Program-made: the position numbers and the translations under genes
Shown: positions 47,138-55,883 of the stretch, one piece after another
How the letters are laid out: each line of letters opens with the position of its first letter
How positions within the stretch are numbered: the stretch's first letter is position 1
DNA from: a virus
Lineage: Duplodnaviria > Caudoviricetes
Direction: 5' to 3' (one strand)
DNA: 55,883 bases
Virus record (IMG/VR): IMGVR_UViG_3300020439_001829
Span: 1-55,883 of that record
Notes under the pieces: generated by a model
What the model was told of the DNA's origin: nothing
The model's database searches: none
The model's input: only the letters and a program-made list of their open reading frames with translations

Positions 47138-47619
47138 TGTATCTCCTTTTTAAAATCTACAATCTTTACAGGTAGGTTATAACCCATTGCGGTTCCCAAC
47201 ATTAACCTTGTGTTTCCCCCTAATAAATATAAGTTTTTCAATTTATCTCTCACTATCACCGGCGGTGGGAACTTCGTATTCTTTCTTAAACCATCTACAA
47301 TTGATTTCCAATCTTTATGGTATCCACTTGCAAGTTCTATTGCTCGTTTCATTCTACCCTCTGGTGGTAATCTTAATATATCACCAACATCTGAATTTTG
47401 TAAATTCTTTAACTCTTCTTCATTTGGAAACTTATATGGTGCAGTTTTAATTGCAGTTCGTGAATCTGCTTTCTTTTTCCACAACCCTTTTAATTTTTTC
47501 TTTGTATAATCATTATTATGAAACTCATCTACTTCATGTTCAATCTCATCATGAGAATATGGTCTCATATGACGGTAATTCTTTAATGATTCATACAATA
47601 TAGATTTTAAACTATACAC
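47134..47619 (-). CDS. ParB/Srx-like domain protein
   Basis: FPPPVIVR...YLLGGNTRL motif. Confidence 0.6.
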   Translation of the reverse strand: MYSLKSILYESLKNYRHMRPYSHDEIEHEVDEFHNNDYTKKKLKGLWKKKADSRTAIKTAPYKFPNEEELKNLQNSDVGDILRLPPEGRMKRAIELASGYHKDWKSIVDGLRKNTKFPPPVIVRDKLKNLYLLGGNTRLMLGTAMGYNLPVKIVDFKKEIQ

Positions 47620-48889
47620 TAAGTTTCTCCGTTATTTCTTTCATGCTATGGTAATTATCTCCCATGAATACTCTTGTTGGATACTTACCATCCCACTCTA
47701 ATATTTTTTTTACTTCTTTTAAATACTTCAATCCATCTTCCTTGTAATCAAAATCAAATAAAAACGCATCGTAATTGTAGAGAACCATCTTACTTTTAAA
47801 ATCTTTCATATCATGTAGTAACACATCTAATGTGTGTATGTTCTGTTCTGTCTCCATCAACTGAATCATATAATTAAATAATTTATTAGGATTCATATCA
47901 GGTAGATTTTCTCTACTTATTTCTCTATTATAAATATCAGAAACTATCTTTTTATCTCTTTTCCACATACTCCATAAGTGTTTTATATACTCATCTACTT
48001 GACTGAAAAATGGATTATCTTTTATCTCATTTGTGATACCACCATACAAATATTTAAATGTTAATTGTTTACCCTCATCGTAACTTAATCCATATGTATC
48101 TGCAAGGTGTTGGTGTACATTACCCTTTGGAAACTTATAATCTATTTTATTACCAATTAATCGTGGATGATATGCATCATAATCAAACTCCACTAATACA
48201 CCATTTTTAAATCTACTTACAAATTTCTTTCTACTACCATCTTTTTTATTTAGTGCTGCGAAGTTCAATCCACCAAAACGATTACTTGGTCTACCTGTAC
48301 TTGTGTATGGATTATATTCTGAATAAACTAAACCATCTGTAGTTTGGATTCCATTATCCTCTACCTTAGATAAAACTTCTAAGATTTCTTGGTCATAGTA
48401 ATCATGGTCTTCAACATAACTCATCAAATCATCTGCAACACTTGAAAGATACTCACCATGTTTCACCAATGGAATTACATCATTTATATTTTCTTTATCA
48501 TAATGTATTCTGTAATTGTGGTGGTGTGCATTTGTTAGGTGTTTATCGAAATCATATGGTTCATTTGTTTTCATGTAATGACACCAATTTAAATCTATCA
48601 ACCCAAATACCCTATCACATTTAATCATTGAGTTATGTATAAATGATTTCATATCACCTACACAAACTTTGCTATCATCAACATCAATAGTTTCTATTGT
48701 TCCAAACTTCTCATTGTGATTTACAGGTACGATAAATTTTTCGAATGGTGTTACGATAAGAAAACAAGACACACGATTCTCTTTAGGATGTTTGTGCACA
48801 TCCGATAACATCTGTAGATAAACGAAGTGTGTAGTTCTCATTACTTTTTGTAATGAACTCCACTTCTCTTTAGAGTTTACTATAACCAT
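47612..48889 (-). CDS. Compact family A DNA polymerase-like protein
   Basis: TSTGRPSN, motif A EFDYDAYHPRL, motif B KQLTFKYLYG and motif C LYNYDAFLFD. Confidence 0.8.
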   Translation of the reverse strand: MVIVNSKEKWSSLQKVMRTTHFVYLQMLSDVHKHPKENRVSCFLIVTPFEKFIVPVNHNEKFGTIETIDVDDSKVCVGDMKSFIHNSMIKCDRVFGLIDLNWCHYMKTNEPYDFDKHLTNAHHHNYRIHYDKENINDVIPLVKHGEYLSSVADDLMSYVEDHDYYDQEILEVLSKVEDNGIQTTDGLVYSEYNPYTSTGRPSNRFGGLNFAALNKKDGSRKKFVSRFKNGVLVEFDYDAYHPRLIGNKIDYKFPKGNVHQHLADTYGLSYDEGKQLTFKYLYGGITNEIKDNPFFSQVDEYIKHLWSMWKRDKKIVSDIYNREISRENLPDMNPNKLFNYMIQLMETEQNIHTLDVLLHDMKDFKSKMVLYNYDAFLFDFDYKEDGLKYLKEVKKILEWDGKYPTRVFMGDNYHSMKEITEKLSV

Positions 48890-49779
48890 TAACCTAATTT
48901 GTATTTTACATAAGTAACTATTTGTTCTGCAATATTGGTTTTACAAAACCTATCCATTCCCTCAAATCCAGGTGATGAATTAACCTCACATATACTATAA
49001 CTACCATTATTAAATAGTAAATCAACACCTGCAATATCCAAGTTTAATAATCTTGCACATTCACCACTTAAGAACTCAATCTCTTCTGTAATCTGATAAG
49101 GAATACCCTCACCACCTCTTGTGATGTTTGCCCTAAAATCATCATCTGTAGATTGTCTCATCATACAACCCACTACTTTACCATTCAAAACAAATACTCT
49201 TAAATCTTTTCCATATGAATCTTCAATGAACTCTTGGATAATAATATTATAACTTGGTTTTGTTATCTCGGCCATTCTCATCAATTGTCTTAATTGTTTT
49301 CTATCCTCAACCAAGAATACTCCAGCTCCAAATGAACCACTTAGAGTTTTAACAATAATTGGATAATTCAAACTCCTCTCTACAAACTCAACATCAATTG
49401 GATGTTTCACCAATAGTGTTTTAGGTACAGGTAGATTTGATTGTCCAAGTATTTGTTGTGAGTATAACTTATCTTTAACTGCATCAATAGATTCACTACC
49501 ATTAATAAGTATCACTCCCAACCTCTCTAAATGACGAATAATTGCTTTGATAAAGTATGTTGTTCCACTACCTGTTCTTGGTATTACAAAATCTGGTAAT
49601 GGTCTTGATTTACCACTAACTCTGATACTTTTTCTATCATCTCTATCAACATAGATATCCACATCTTGTGGATTAACCACACGAACTTTTATATCTTGTT
49701 TCTCAAACTCTTCAACTAATCTCTGAGTTTCATATGAATTTTCAATTTTTCTTTTATATAGTATCCAACCCGTCATCAA
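48889..49779 (-). CDS. rimK: RimK-family ATP-grasp peptide ligase
   Basis: KDKL, PKT, GSFGAGVF, QEFI, DLRVFV, FRANITRGG and GVDL...EVNSSPG motifs. Confidence 0.9.
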   Translation of the reverse strand: MMTGWILYKRKIENSYETQRLVEEFEKQDIKVRVVNPQDVDIYVDRDDRKSIRVSGKSRPLPDFVIPRTGSGTTYFIKAIIRHLERLGVILINGSESIDAVKDKLYSQQILGQSNLPVPKTLLVKHPIDVEFVERSLNYPIIVKTLSGSFGAGVFLVEDRKQLRQLMRMAEITKPSYNIIIQEFIEDSYGKDLRVFVLNGKVVGCMMRQSTDDDFRANITRGGEGIPYQITEEIEFLSGECARLLNLDIAGVDLLFNNGSYSICEVNSSPGFEGMDRFCKTNIAEQIVTYVKYKLG

Positions 49780-50471
49780 TCTAAGTATATCTCACTCCAT
49801 AATTTAGTGGTTTCTGGAAACACTTCCAACATAATTTCTTTCAACCCTCTTGCATAATCTTGTATCTCTACTTGTGATGTTGGTTCATCTCGTAGTTCAA
49901 TAAAGTTCATAATACTTTGAAATGATGCTGTCCACCAAACTTTTGTATAGACTGTAAGTGGTAAGATACTTCTTGCCTGTTCCTTTGCCATTCCTCTTTT
50001 TAACATCTCGTTATATGCTGAGATAGAATGTTGTTGTGCAACAGTCCATAATTGTCTTGTACTATCTTGTAATTCAATCAATCCATCACTTGCCTGTTTG
50101 TTATCTTCTGATTGTTTTCTAAATTCTGTTGGCATATAAAACTCATCATATGGAACATACCTACCACTAATCTCATTCCATGCATGGTCTTTAGTAGGAT
50201 GGTTACTTGTGGTTTCAATACCTACGACATGTTTATACCATTGTCTCATCACAAACTCTGGTGCCTTTATAATAAACATACAATGTTGATGTCTGAATGG
50301 TGAGAAGTGTTTATGTTTAATTAAGAACTTAGATAGTTTTCTATCTTTCTCTTCGAATGTTTCACTTCTACCACCAAATGATACTCTTGCAGCATTTACA
50401 GGTGTTAAATCATCACCAAGTGTATCCACTAATTCAATATATCCTTTATCTAATACATCAATTTTCATCAT
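49776..50471 (-). CDS. thyX: FAD-dependent thymidylate synthase
   Basis: VNAARVSF, HFSPF, RQWYKH, NEISGRY, EQARSILP and QVEI motifs. Confidence 0.92.
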   Translation of the reverse strand: MMKIDVLDKGYIELVDTLGDDLTPVNAARVSFGGRSETFEEKDRKLSKFLIKHKHFSPFRHQHCMFIIKAPEFVMRQWYKHVVGIETTSNHPTKDHAWNEISGRYVPYDEFYMPTEFRKQSEDNKQASDGLIELQDSTRQLWTVAQQHSISAYNEMLKRGMAKEQARSILPLTVYTKVWWTASFQSIMNFIELRDEPTSQVEIQDYARGLKEIMLEVFPETTKLWSEIYLD

Positions 50472-50635
50472 GCATCTCCTTTTTGTTTAATTATTTCTGT
50501 TAATTCTTTGGTTCGTTTTTCTTTATATTCTTTTGCATACTTTCTTCCTGCAGGTGTTATGTGCACAAAGATTTTCATGTATAAATATTTGAATATCGAA
50601 TTGACATTTATTAAGAACTTTTTTAATATAACCAT
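50468..50635 (-). CDS. Small basic hypothetical protein (55 aa)
   Basis: Manual ORF MVILKKFLINVNSIFKYLYMKIFVHITPAGRKY...; ATGA overlap with thyX. Confidence 0.35.
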   Translation of the reverse strand: MVILKKFLINVNSIFKYLYMKIFVHITPAGRKYAKEYKEKRTKELTEIIKQKGDA

Positions 50636-50640
50636 TTAAT

Positions 50641-50667
50641 ATAAGTATTGATTTATTTTCTCAAAAT
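50641..50667 (-). promoter_or_regulatory. Phage-specific promoter motif
   Basis: ATTTT-N15-TACTTAT at the boundary between the structural and metabolic modules. Confidence 0.55.
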
Positions 50668-50677
50668 AGAATATATT

Positions 50678-53188
50678 TTACTCATCGTTTGAACTTTGTT
50701 CTTGTTGTTCTGCAATCTCTCTGTTCTTTACAAATAAAATATCATCTACATCCGAACCTCTTTCACCATCAAATGCTTGAATCTCTTCAGTTTGGTTTAT
50801 CTCTCTTGAATATTCTTCTAAACCCTCCATATCAATTCTTAAATTACCTTGAATTTGAGTATCCCAACCTGATGTTGATAATGTATGATTTATAGAAGTA
50901 ACCATAAACATACCAAATCTTCTATATAACTCTGGTAAGTAATCTACTGCAAACACATCATACATCTTTATACCCGCAATTCCAGGCATTGTAAAACTAC
51001 ATTGTAATGGTGTTAATGGGTCTATACTTGTTTTTGAACCTGGTCCTTTATTTAAATACCACTGCATCCCCCTTACAAAACTTGATAGTAAAGAACCATT
51101 TCTATCATAAACTAATCCTTGTTTTTGTGGTTGGTCTATTTCATCATCTGTTAACCATCTTGCACCTGTATCATCTAATTTACTCTGTTCATTTGCTGCT
51201 TTATTTCTTTGGTCTACTTCATTCTGAAGAGTATCATAAAATTCATTATCTTCAGTAGATTCTCCCAATTCATATGTAATATTACCCTCTTCATCTTTAA
51301 TAGGTTTAACTGATAAACCTTTAATAAATGGAAAAAAGATTTCTTTTAATAATCCATCAGCTCCTACATCTCCCTCGTCTGGATTTGAAGATACCGATGT
51401 ATTATGTAGTTTTGCAAGTGCAACCACTCCTTTGTTTTCTGGTGCACCACTACCACCAAATCCATCTGTTTTAAAATTAGTGTTACCATGAAACATTGCC
51501 TGTGTTGCCATCGCACTTGACATATTTACATTAATACTAAAATCTTTAAATAAACCTCGATTGTTATATAGTGGGAACACAAATACTGTTTTTGCATCTG
51601 CCTTTGATGCATCTAAAGATTCATAAGTAGATTTTTTACCCTCTACTCTAAATGGATTTGTATCTTTGATTCTGAACTTAGTCATAAACCTATCCACAAC
51701 AGCGATTTTACCATTTTTAGTTTGTGATTGAAATACACCGAAATCCCAAAATCCACCATATCTTGCAGTAACATTAGACCAAAAACTTTGTAATCCACTT
51801 TCTATATCTCTGATTCCTTTAAATTGTTGAGCAAGGAAATCTGCACTGAAAACAAAATTTCTTATAACTCCATATTCCTCACCATCTACTCTAAAAGGTT
51901 TAAAATTTTGTTGTATATCACTAAAGGTTTGATATACATTAGTATATGCATTTCGTGTATCTTCATTATCAAAATCACTATTTTCTCCACCTGCATCTTT
52001 AATTGAAGTTAATCCAATTACCTTTTCAGGTATGATAATTTCTTTACCAATTGTAAAAAGATTTTTATGCCATCTACAAACATTATCACCTGAAACTGCT
52101 GTAAATGTAGGTTCATCAGAATCACTACCATTTTCCATTTCATAACTTTCATCTGTAGATTGTATGTATGTAAGTAATCCCTCGTATTTGGAAGTATCAA
52201 CATCGGGTTTTGATGCAACTGCAAAAAACTTATTTAAAACTTTATCTTCAAAATATCCCCAAGTACAATATGATTTATTATCAATTTCATTGTAGTAAAT
52301 TTTATCTTTATTATCTGTCGGATGTTTCTGTAAAGTATTTTTCAAAACATCATTAAAGTTATCTAATATCAAATCAAAAGTTTCACCTGATTTTCTAAAT
52401 GCCTCTGCCAATAACTGGTCATTCTTTTTCTTAGTTACTTCAGTTACATTACCACCTGGGTCTGTCGTTCCTTTGAACAAAGTATTACCCATACTTGTTA
52501 GTTCAGTAGTACAATCATATTCACCATTCGGACCAACATTCCAACTAAAACTTTTGATAGTACCTATTGCAGCATTATAATTTCCACCACCTTGTAATAT
52601 CTTTTCTTCAATTGCACTATAATAACTAAACATATCATTTACTTTTTTCAATGTATTGAATTCAATTCCAGGTACACTCCAACCAAACTCAACCAAGACT
52701 GTTCTACCATGTTTTAAAAATGATTTTTCATAAACCTCGAAATCATCTGGGTCATACATTTTCCAATTAATTGTTATGTTCTGTATTGAGTGGTTTTTAA
52801 ATGATGTTGTAACACCTGTAACACCAACTCCTGCTCTTAAATTTGATGCAGGTGTGTTATTTAATAAATTTGTTTTTGATGTAATTGGTCGATTGATTAA
52901 TTGACCGTTTTCGAAATCACTTCTTAATTGTAATGGTGTTTCCTCTACTATGTTAAGTGGTCTTATAAACTTACCATCCTCATCTTTTTCATATGTTGGT
53001 GTAGTACCACTAACACGAACCCAACAAGATTTAGTTAACATTTGTGAGTAAGGATTAGATTCTATCTCTTTACTAATTGTACTTAATGGATTTCTATCTG
53101 AATCAGTACGATTCATTGAATTTATTCTATCAAATAATTGTAATTGGATATTTGGTTTTATTTGATTACCTATTGGAAAACCACTCAT
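50678..53188 (-). CDS. Baseplate hub-like tail protein
   Basis: FLKHGRTVLVEFGWS, GEYDCTTEL and GIAGI...FMVTSINHTL...WDTQI motifs; follows the LysM-like gene. Confidence 0.6.
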   Translation of the reverse strand: MSGFPIGNQIKPNIQLQLFDRINSMNRTDSDRNPLSTISKEIESNPYSQMLTKSCWVRVSGTTPTYEKDEDGKFIRPLNIVEETPLQLRSDFENGQLINRPITSKTNLLNNTPASNLRAGVGVTGVTTSFKNHSIQNITINWKMYDPDDFEVYEKSFLKHGRTVLVEFGWSVPGIEFNTLKKVNDMFSYYSAIEEKILQGGGNYNAAIGTIKSFSWNVGPNGEYDCTTELTSMGNTLFKGTTDPGGNVTEVTKKKNDQLLAEAFRKSGETFDLILDNFNDVLKNTLQKHPTDNKDKIYYNEIDNKSYCTWGYFEDKVLNKFFAVASKPDVDTSKYEGLLTYIQSTDESYEMENGSDSDEPTFTAVSGDNVCRWHKNLFTIGKEIIIPEKVIGLTSIKDAGGENSDFDNEDTRNAYTNVYQTFSDIQQNFKPFRVDGEEYGVIRNFVFSADFLAQQFKGIRDIESGLQSFWSNVTARYGGFWDFGVFQSQTKNGKIAVVDRFMTKFRIKDTNPFRVEGKKSTYESLDASKADAKTVFVFPLYNNRGLFKDFSINVNMSSAMATQAMFHGNTNFKTDGFGGSGAPENKGVVALAKLHNTSVSSNPDEGDVGADGLLKEIFFPFIKGLSVKPIKDEEGNITYELGESTEDNEFYDTLQNEVDQRNKAANEQSKLDDTGARWLTDDEIDQPQKQGLVYDRNGSLLSSFVRGMQWYLNKGPGSKTSIDPLTPLQCSFTMPGIAGIKMYDVFAVDYLPELYRRFGMFMVTSINHTLSTSGWDTQIQGNLRIDMEGLEEYSREINQTEEIQAFDGERGSDVDDILFVKNREIAEQQEQSSNDE

Positions 53189-53192
53189 AATA

Positions 53193-53501
53193 TTACTCTG
53201 TAAATGTATTGATTCGTTCTAACTCTGATACAATATTTCCAGTATCCGTAGGAATTGCAAGTTTAGTTCCTATTGGTAAAGTAAATCCACCACTATATGA
53301 TTCTGGATTAGCCCTTGCAATAATCCACCATAAAGTAGTATCCCCATAAAACTTATATGCCATTGTATCCCATCTATCACCCTCTTTACTATAATATGTT
53401 TTATCACTATTCTTAGGTGTTATCTTAGGATAGTTTGTAACAGAACGAAATCTCGTTTTATTATTATCTTTTAAAATTTTTGTGTATCTATATCTATTCA
53501 T
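53193..53501 (-). CDS. LysM/tail X-like baseplate wedge protein
   Basis: EGDRWDTMAYKFYGDTTLWWIIARAN...LAIP. Confidence 0.8.
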   Translation of the reverse strand: MNRYRYTKILKDNNKTRFRSVTNYPKITPKNSDKTYYSKEGDRWDTMAYKFYGDTTLWWIIARANPESYSGGFTLPIGTKLAIPTDTGNIVSELERINTFTE

Positions 53502-55099
53502 TATTTAAGACCCTCTGACCATTTTGGTTCACCTTTCATTATTGGTCTTTTAGTGGAACCATCGGTAGGATTATTTTTTCCAAATGTACCAAAGGTATCA
53601 GTTTTAATACCTGAATCTTTTAAATGTGGTACTTCATAATGTTTAGATAATGAGTGTGGTAAGTACTTTCCAATGTAAACAAACTCTACACTTATATTCC
53701 AATATTGTGGTATTTGAAATCCATCATCAAGTTCCCATGTTGAAGTTTCTTCTATTGTACAAGTAATACTATTAAAGTAACCAGGTGTATTATTGAATAA
53801 ATCACCAATGGTTAAATAAATGTATGGTGCAACTGGTCTCATCTCACCATCACCACCATAATTTTTATAATGTGGATAACCCAATCCAATTAAGTAATTC
53901 ATTTTTTCTTGTATGATTGGTATCTCTTGTTTAGTGAATGCTGCTACTTTAAAATCAAATGAAACAGTACGATTTGTACCTGTATAAACATGAACTGCAT
54001 CAGGTCTACCAATATATCTTTCTTGTGAGTATTCTGGTGAAACTGTATCAGTTATGGTTCCAAGATGAGCAGGGAATACTAACCACTTACCATTTACTGC
54101 ATCTCTAATTCTAAATTTAATAAAATCTTTTGGTAATTTATCTGTATTAAGTTGTCCATAAGTACCACCATAAGGAACTTGTAATGCGTTAGAAATACCC
54201 TTTCCATAAATTGAGTTACCAATCATTCTTATTTTACCAGAACCCAAATCTTGTTCTGATGCTTTCACATCACCAGTAATGGTGAAGTTAGTTACATTTA
54301 CATTTCCAATACCATCATCTTTTTTATCTTCATTTTTAACATTTGTAGGATAGTTATCCTTTAATTGTTCAAAGGTTTTTGCACCTTTACTATTAACAAC
54401 ATTCGCAGGATTATCAAATGGATTTTCTGAATCACCTGTTAAGAAATTTCTCACGGTATCAAAAATACTACCACCAAACTCATCTGCATTACTTATACCA
54501 TCATTTAATCTAAGTAATCTATTTAATGGATTACCATCTGAATCAGTAGAAGTATCTCTAATATTTTTGATATTATCGGGGTCATCATATTTTGGTGGTT
54601 CATTAAAGAATTGAAATCCATCTGCATTTCTTGATTGATGTACGGTTGGTGCCGAAGATGCTATGGTTGAGAGTGGATTAAAATCTCTGTTTTCTTTTAT
54701 AGGATTTTGTCTTTGTAGTAATGCCTGTTTCAAATTCCATAATACACCTCTTGGTGTTAAAGTGAACTTACCCAATCTTACTACATCTTCTGCTGCTCTT
54801 ACTAATTGTAATGCCGCACCACCTCTTGCAATACCATCATCTAATCTCGCACTATCGTAACTATCTCCTATATCCTTTACAATAAATGGTTGGTCAAACC
54901 CAAGATTGTTCTCTCCTCTTAATGCCTTATTACCATTGTTTTCTTTATAGATTGCATCTACTTCATCTAATCTATCTTCTAATTTTTTATTTGCAGTAGA
55001 GTTTGCAGGAAGATTATCTTGGTTAGTTTTTCCACTATCACCAACTTTTTTCTTCCAATCAAATTGTGTTATATCTGTTGTTTTATCAAATAATGCCAT
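53501..55099 (-). CDS. Tail tube initiator/baseplate protein
   Basis: C-terminal YIGRPD..Y.GT.RTVSFDF and LTIGDL...PG tube-fold pattern; lies between the tape measure and LysM genes. Confidence 0.55.
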   Translation of the reverse strand: MALFDKTTDITQFDWKKKVGDSGKTNQDNLPANSTANKKLEDRLDEVDAIYKENNGNKALRGENNLGFDQPFIVKDIGDSYDSARLDDGIARGGAALQLVRAAEDVVRLGKFTLTPRGVLWNLKQALLQRQNPIKENRDFNPLSTIASSAPTVHQSRNADGFQFFNEPPKYDDPDNIKNIRDTSTDSDGNPLNRLLRLNDGISNADEFGGSIFDTVRNFLTGDSENPFDNPANVVNSKGAKTFEQLKDNYPTNVKNEDKKDDGIGNVNVTNFTITGDVKASEQDLGSGKIRMIGNSIYGKGISNALQVPYGGTYGQLNTDKLPKDFIKFRIRDAVNGKWLVFPAHLGTITDTVSPEYSQERYIGRPDAVHVYTGTNRTVSFDFKVAAFTKQEIPIIQEKMNYLIGLGYPHYKNYGGDGEMRPVAPYIYLTIGDLFNNTPGYFNSITCTIEETSTWELDDGFQIPQYWNISVEFVYIGKYLPHSLSKHYEVPHLKDSGIKTDTFGTFGKNNPTDGSTKRPIMKGEPKWSEGLK

Positions 55100-55103
55100 A
55101 ATC

Positions 55104-55883
55104 CTACTCTAATGTTAAATCTGATATTGCTTTTTTGTTTTCTTCTTGTTTTCTAATTAATGCATCTTCCTTAGCAATCAAGATATCTAATCTTTCTGCT
55201 ACATCATCCATTGCTCCACCACCAAAGAACTTATCATACTTATCAACAAATTGTTTCATTGCCTCTGGGCCTGCATTCATTGCTGCTGTAAGTTCTGCAT
55301 TTTGTTCTTTAGTTAAATTCGTTCTTTCTTCTTCAAGTTTTTTCAATGCATCTTCTTTTTCTTTTTGTTTCTGTTCTAAGGTTTCATTCTTCTCCAGTTT
55401 TTTACCTATGAACTCACCTGCCGCTTGTCCAATCATACTACCAAGAGCGATTCCTAATGGTCCTCCGAATGCTCCAATCGCACCACCAATTATTGCTCCA
55501 GCTCCACCACCAACTGCTCCTTTATCACCAGTCTTAACACCTTTGTAAATATCAGCTCCACCCATAGCAGCATTTACAACACCACCTGCACCTAACAATT
55601 TACCACCAACTGTTTTAAATCCTTGTTTACCAATTCCAACTTTTGCAAGATTCGATGCACGATTTGCTGCCTGTGTTGTTTTTACATTCTTTAGATACTC
55701 AGCTTTCTTAACTCCTTTAAATGCCATTCCACTCTTTTCATAAGGTAATGCTTTTGGTCCACCTCTCATGAAGTTTCCTGCCTTTGTCATTGCGTTAGCA
55801 CCTTTACCACCCTTACCGAAGAAATTCTTTAGTGCCTTAACACCTTGTACCGCAGTGTTTGCAATGACTGCTGCAGTTAATAA
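55104..55883 (-). CDS. Tape measure protein, C-terminal part (5' end outside the window)
   Basis: Frame open to the window edge; Gly/Ala-rich GGAIGAFGGPLG segments and coiled coil; upstream of baseplate genes. Confidence 0.65.
   Translation of the reverse strand, partial: LLTAAVIANTAVQGVKALKNFFGKGGKGANAMTKAGNFMRGGPKALPYEKSGMAFKGVKKAEYLKNVKTTQAANRASNLAKVGIGKQGFKTVGGKLLGAGGVVNAAMGGADIYKGVKTGDKGAVGGGAGAIIGGAIGAFGGPLGIALGSMIGQAAGEFIGKKLEKNETLEQKQKEKEDALKKLEEERTNLTKEQNAELTAAMNAGPEAMKQFVDKYDKFFGGGAMDDVAERLDILIAKEDALIRKQEENKKAISDLTLE

Noticed and set aside
124-55548. All plus-strand ORFs and short nested minus-strand ORFs in the track
   Set aside because: They lie antisense to, or out of frame within, well-supported genes and have no recognisable motifs; they are shadow ORFs.
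1-55883. Stop-codon reassignment
   Set aside because: Core genes are full length in code 11, and TAA, TAG and TGA all terminate genes at tight junctions.
1-55883. Bacterial chromosome origin, suggested by TBDR, pilins, RimK, ClpP and RecA
   Set aside because: These genes are interleaved with PolB, clamp/clamp loader, gp32 and baseplate/tape-measure genes in a single-strand, gene-dense layout with shared promoter motifs.

Overview
An AT-rich ~56 kb segment of a large tailed dsDNA phage, most likely a myovirus distantly related to T4-like phages. Essentially all genes are on the minus strand and use the standard code. In transcription order (right to left) it holds: the end of a tail module (tape-measure C-terminus, baseplate/tube proteins); ThyX, RimK and a compact family-A DNA polymerase; a type IV pilin-like cassette with a sigma54-like promoter; small early genes behind sigma70-like promoters; and a GHKL/MORC ATPase-nuclease fusion. 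Next come a ~414-nt highly structured non-coding region and a replication module (gp32 SSB, RecA/UvsX, RNase H, DnaB/gp41 helicase, class II RNR, PolB, sliding clamp, clamp loader). The replication module is interrupted by a TonB-dependent receptor, two tandem DNA methyltransferases and a ~6.5 kb tailoring-enzyme cassette built around a Hint-domain protein. The window ends in a >12 kb glycosyltransferase/glycan-tailoring cluster. The best novelty candidates are the large ncRNA (own promoter, boxA and terminator), the Hint/ATP-grasp/2OG cassette, the pseudoknot-led TonB receptor behind a B12-dependent RNR, the pilin cassette, and the MORC-nuclease with twin leader hairpins. All calls come from reading motifs by eye; no database searches were run.
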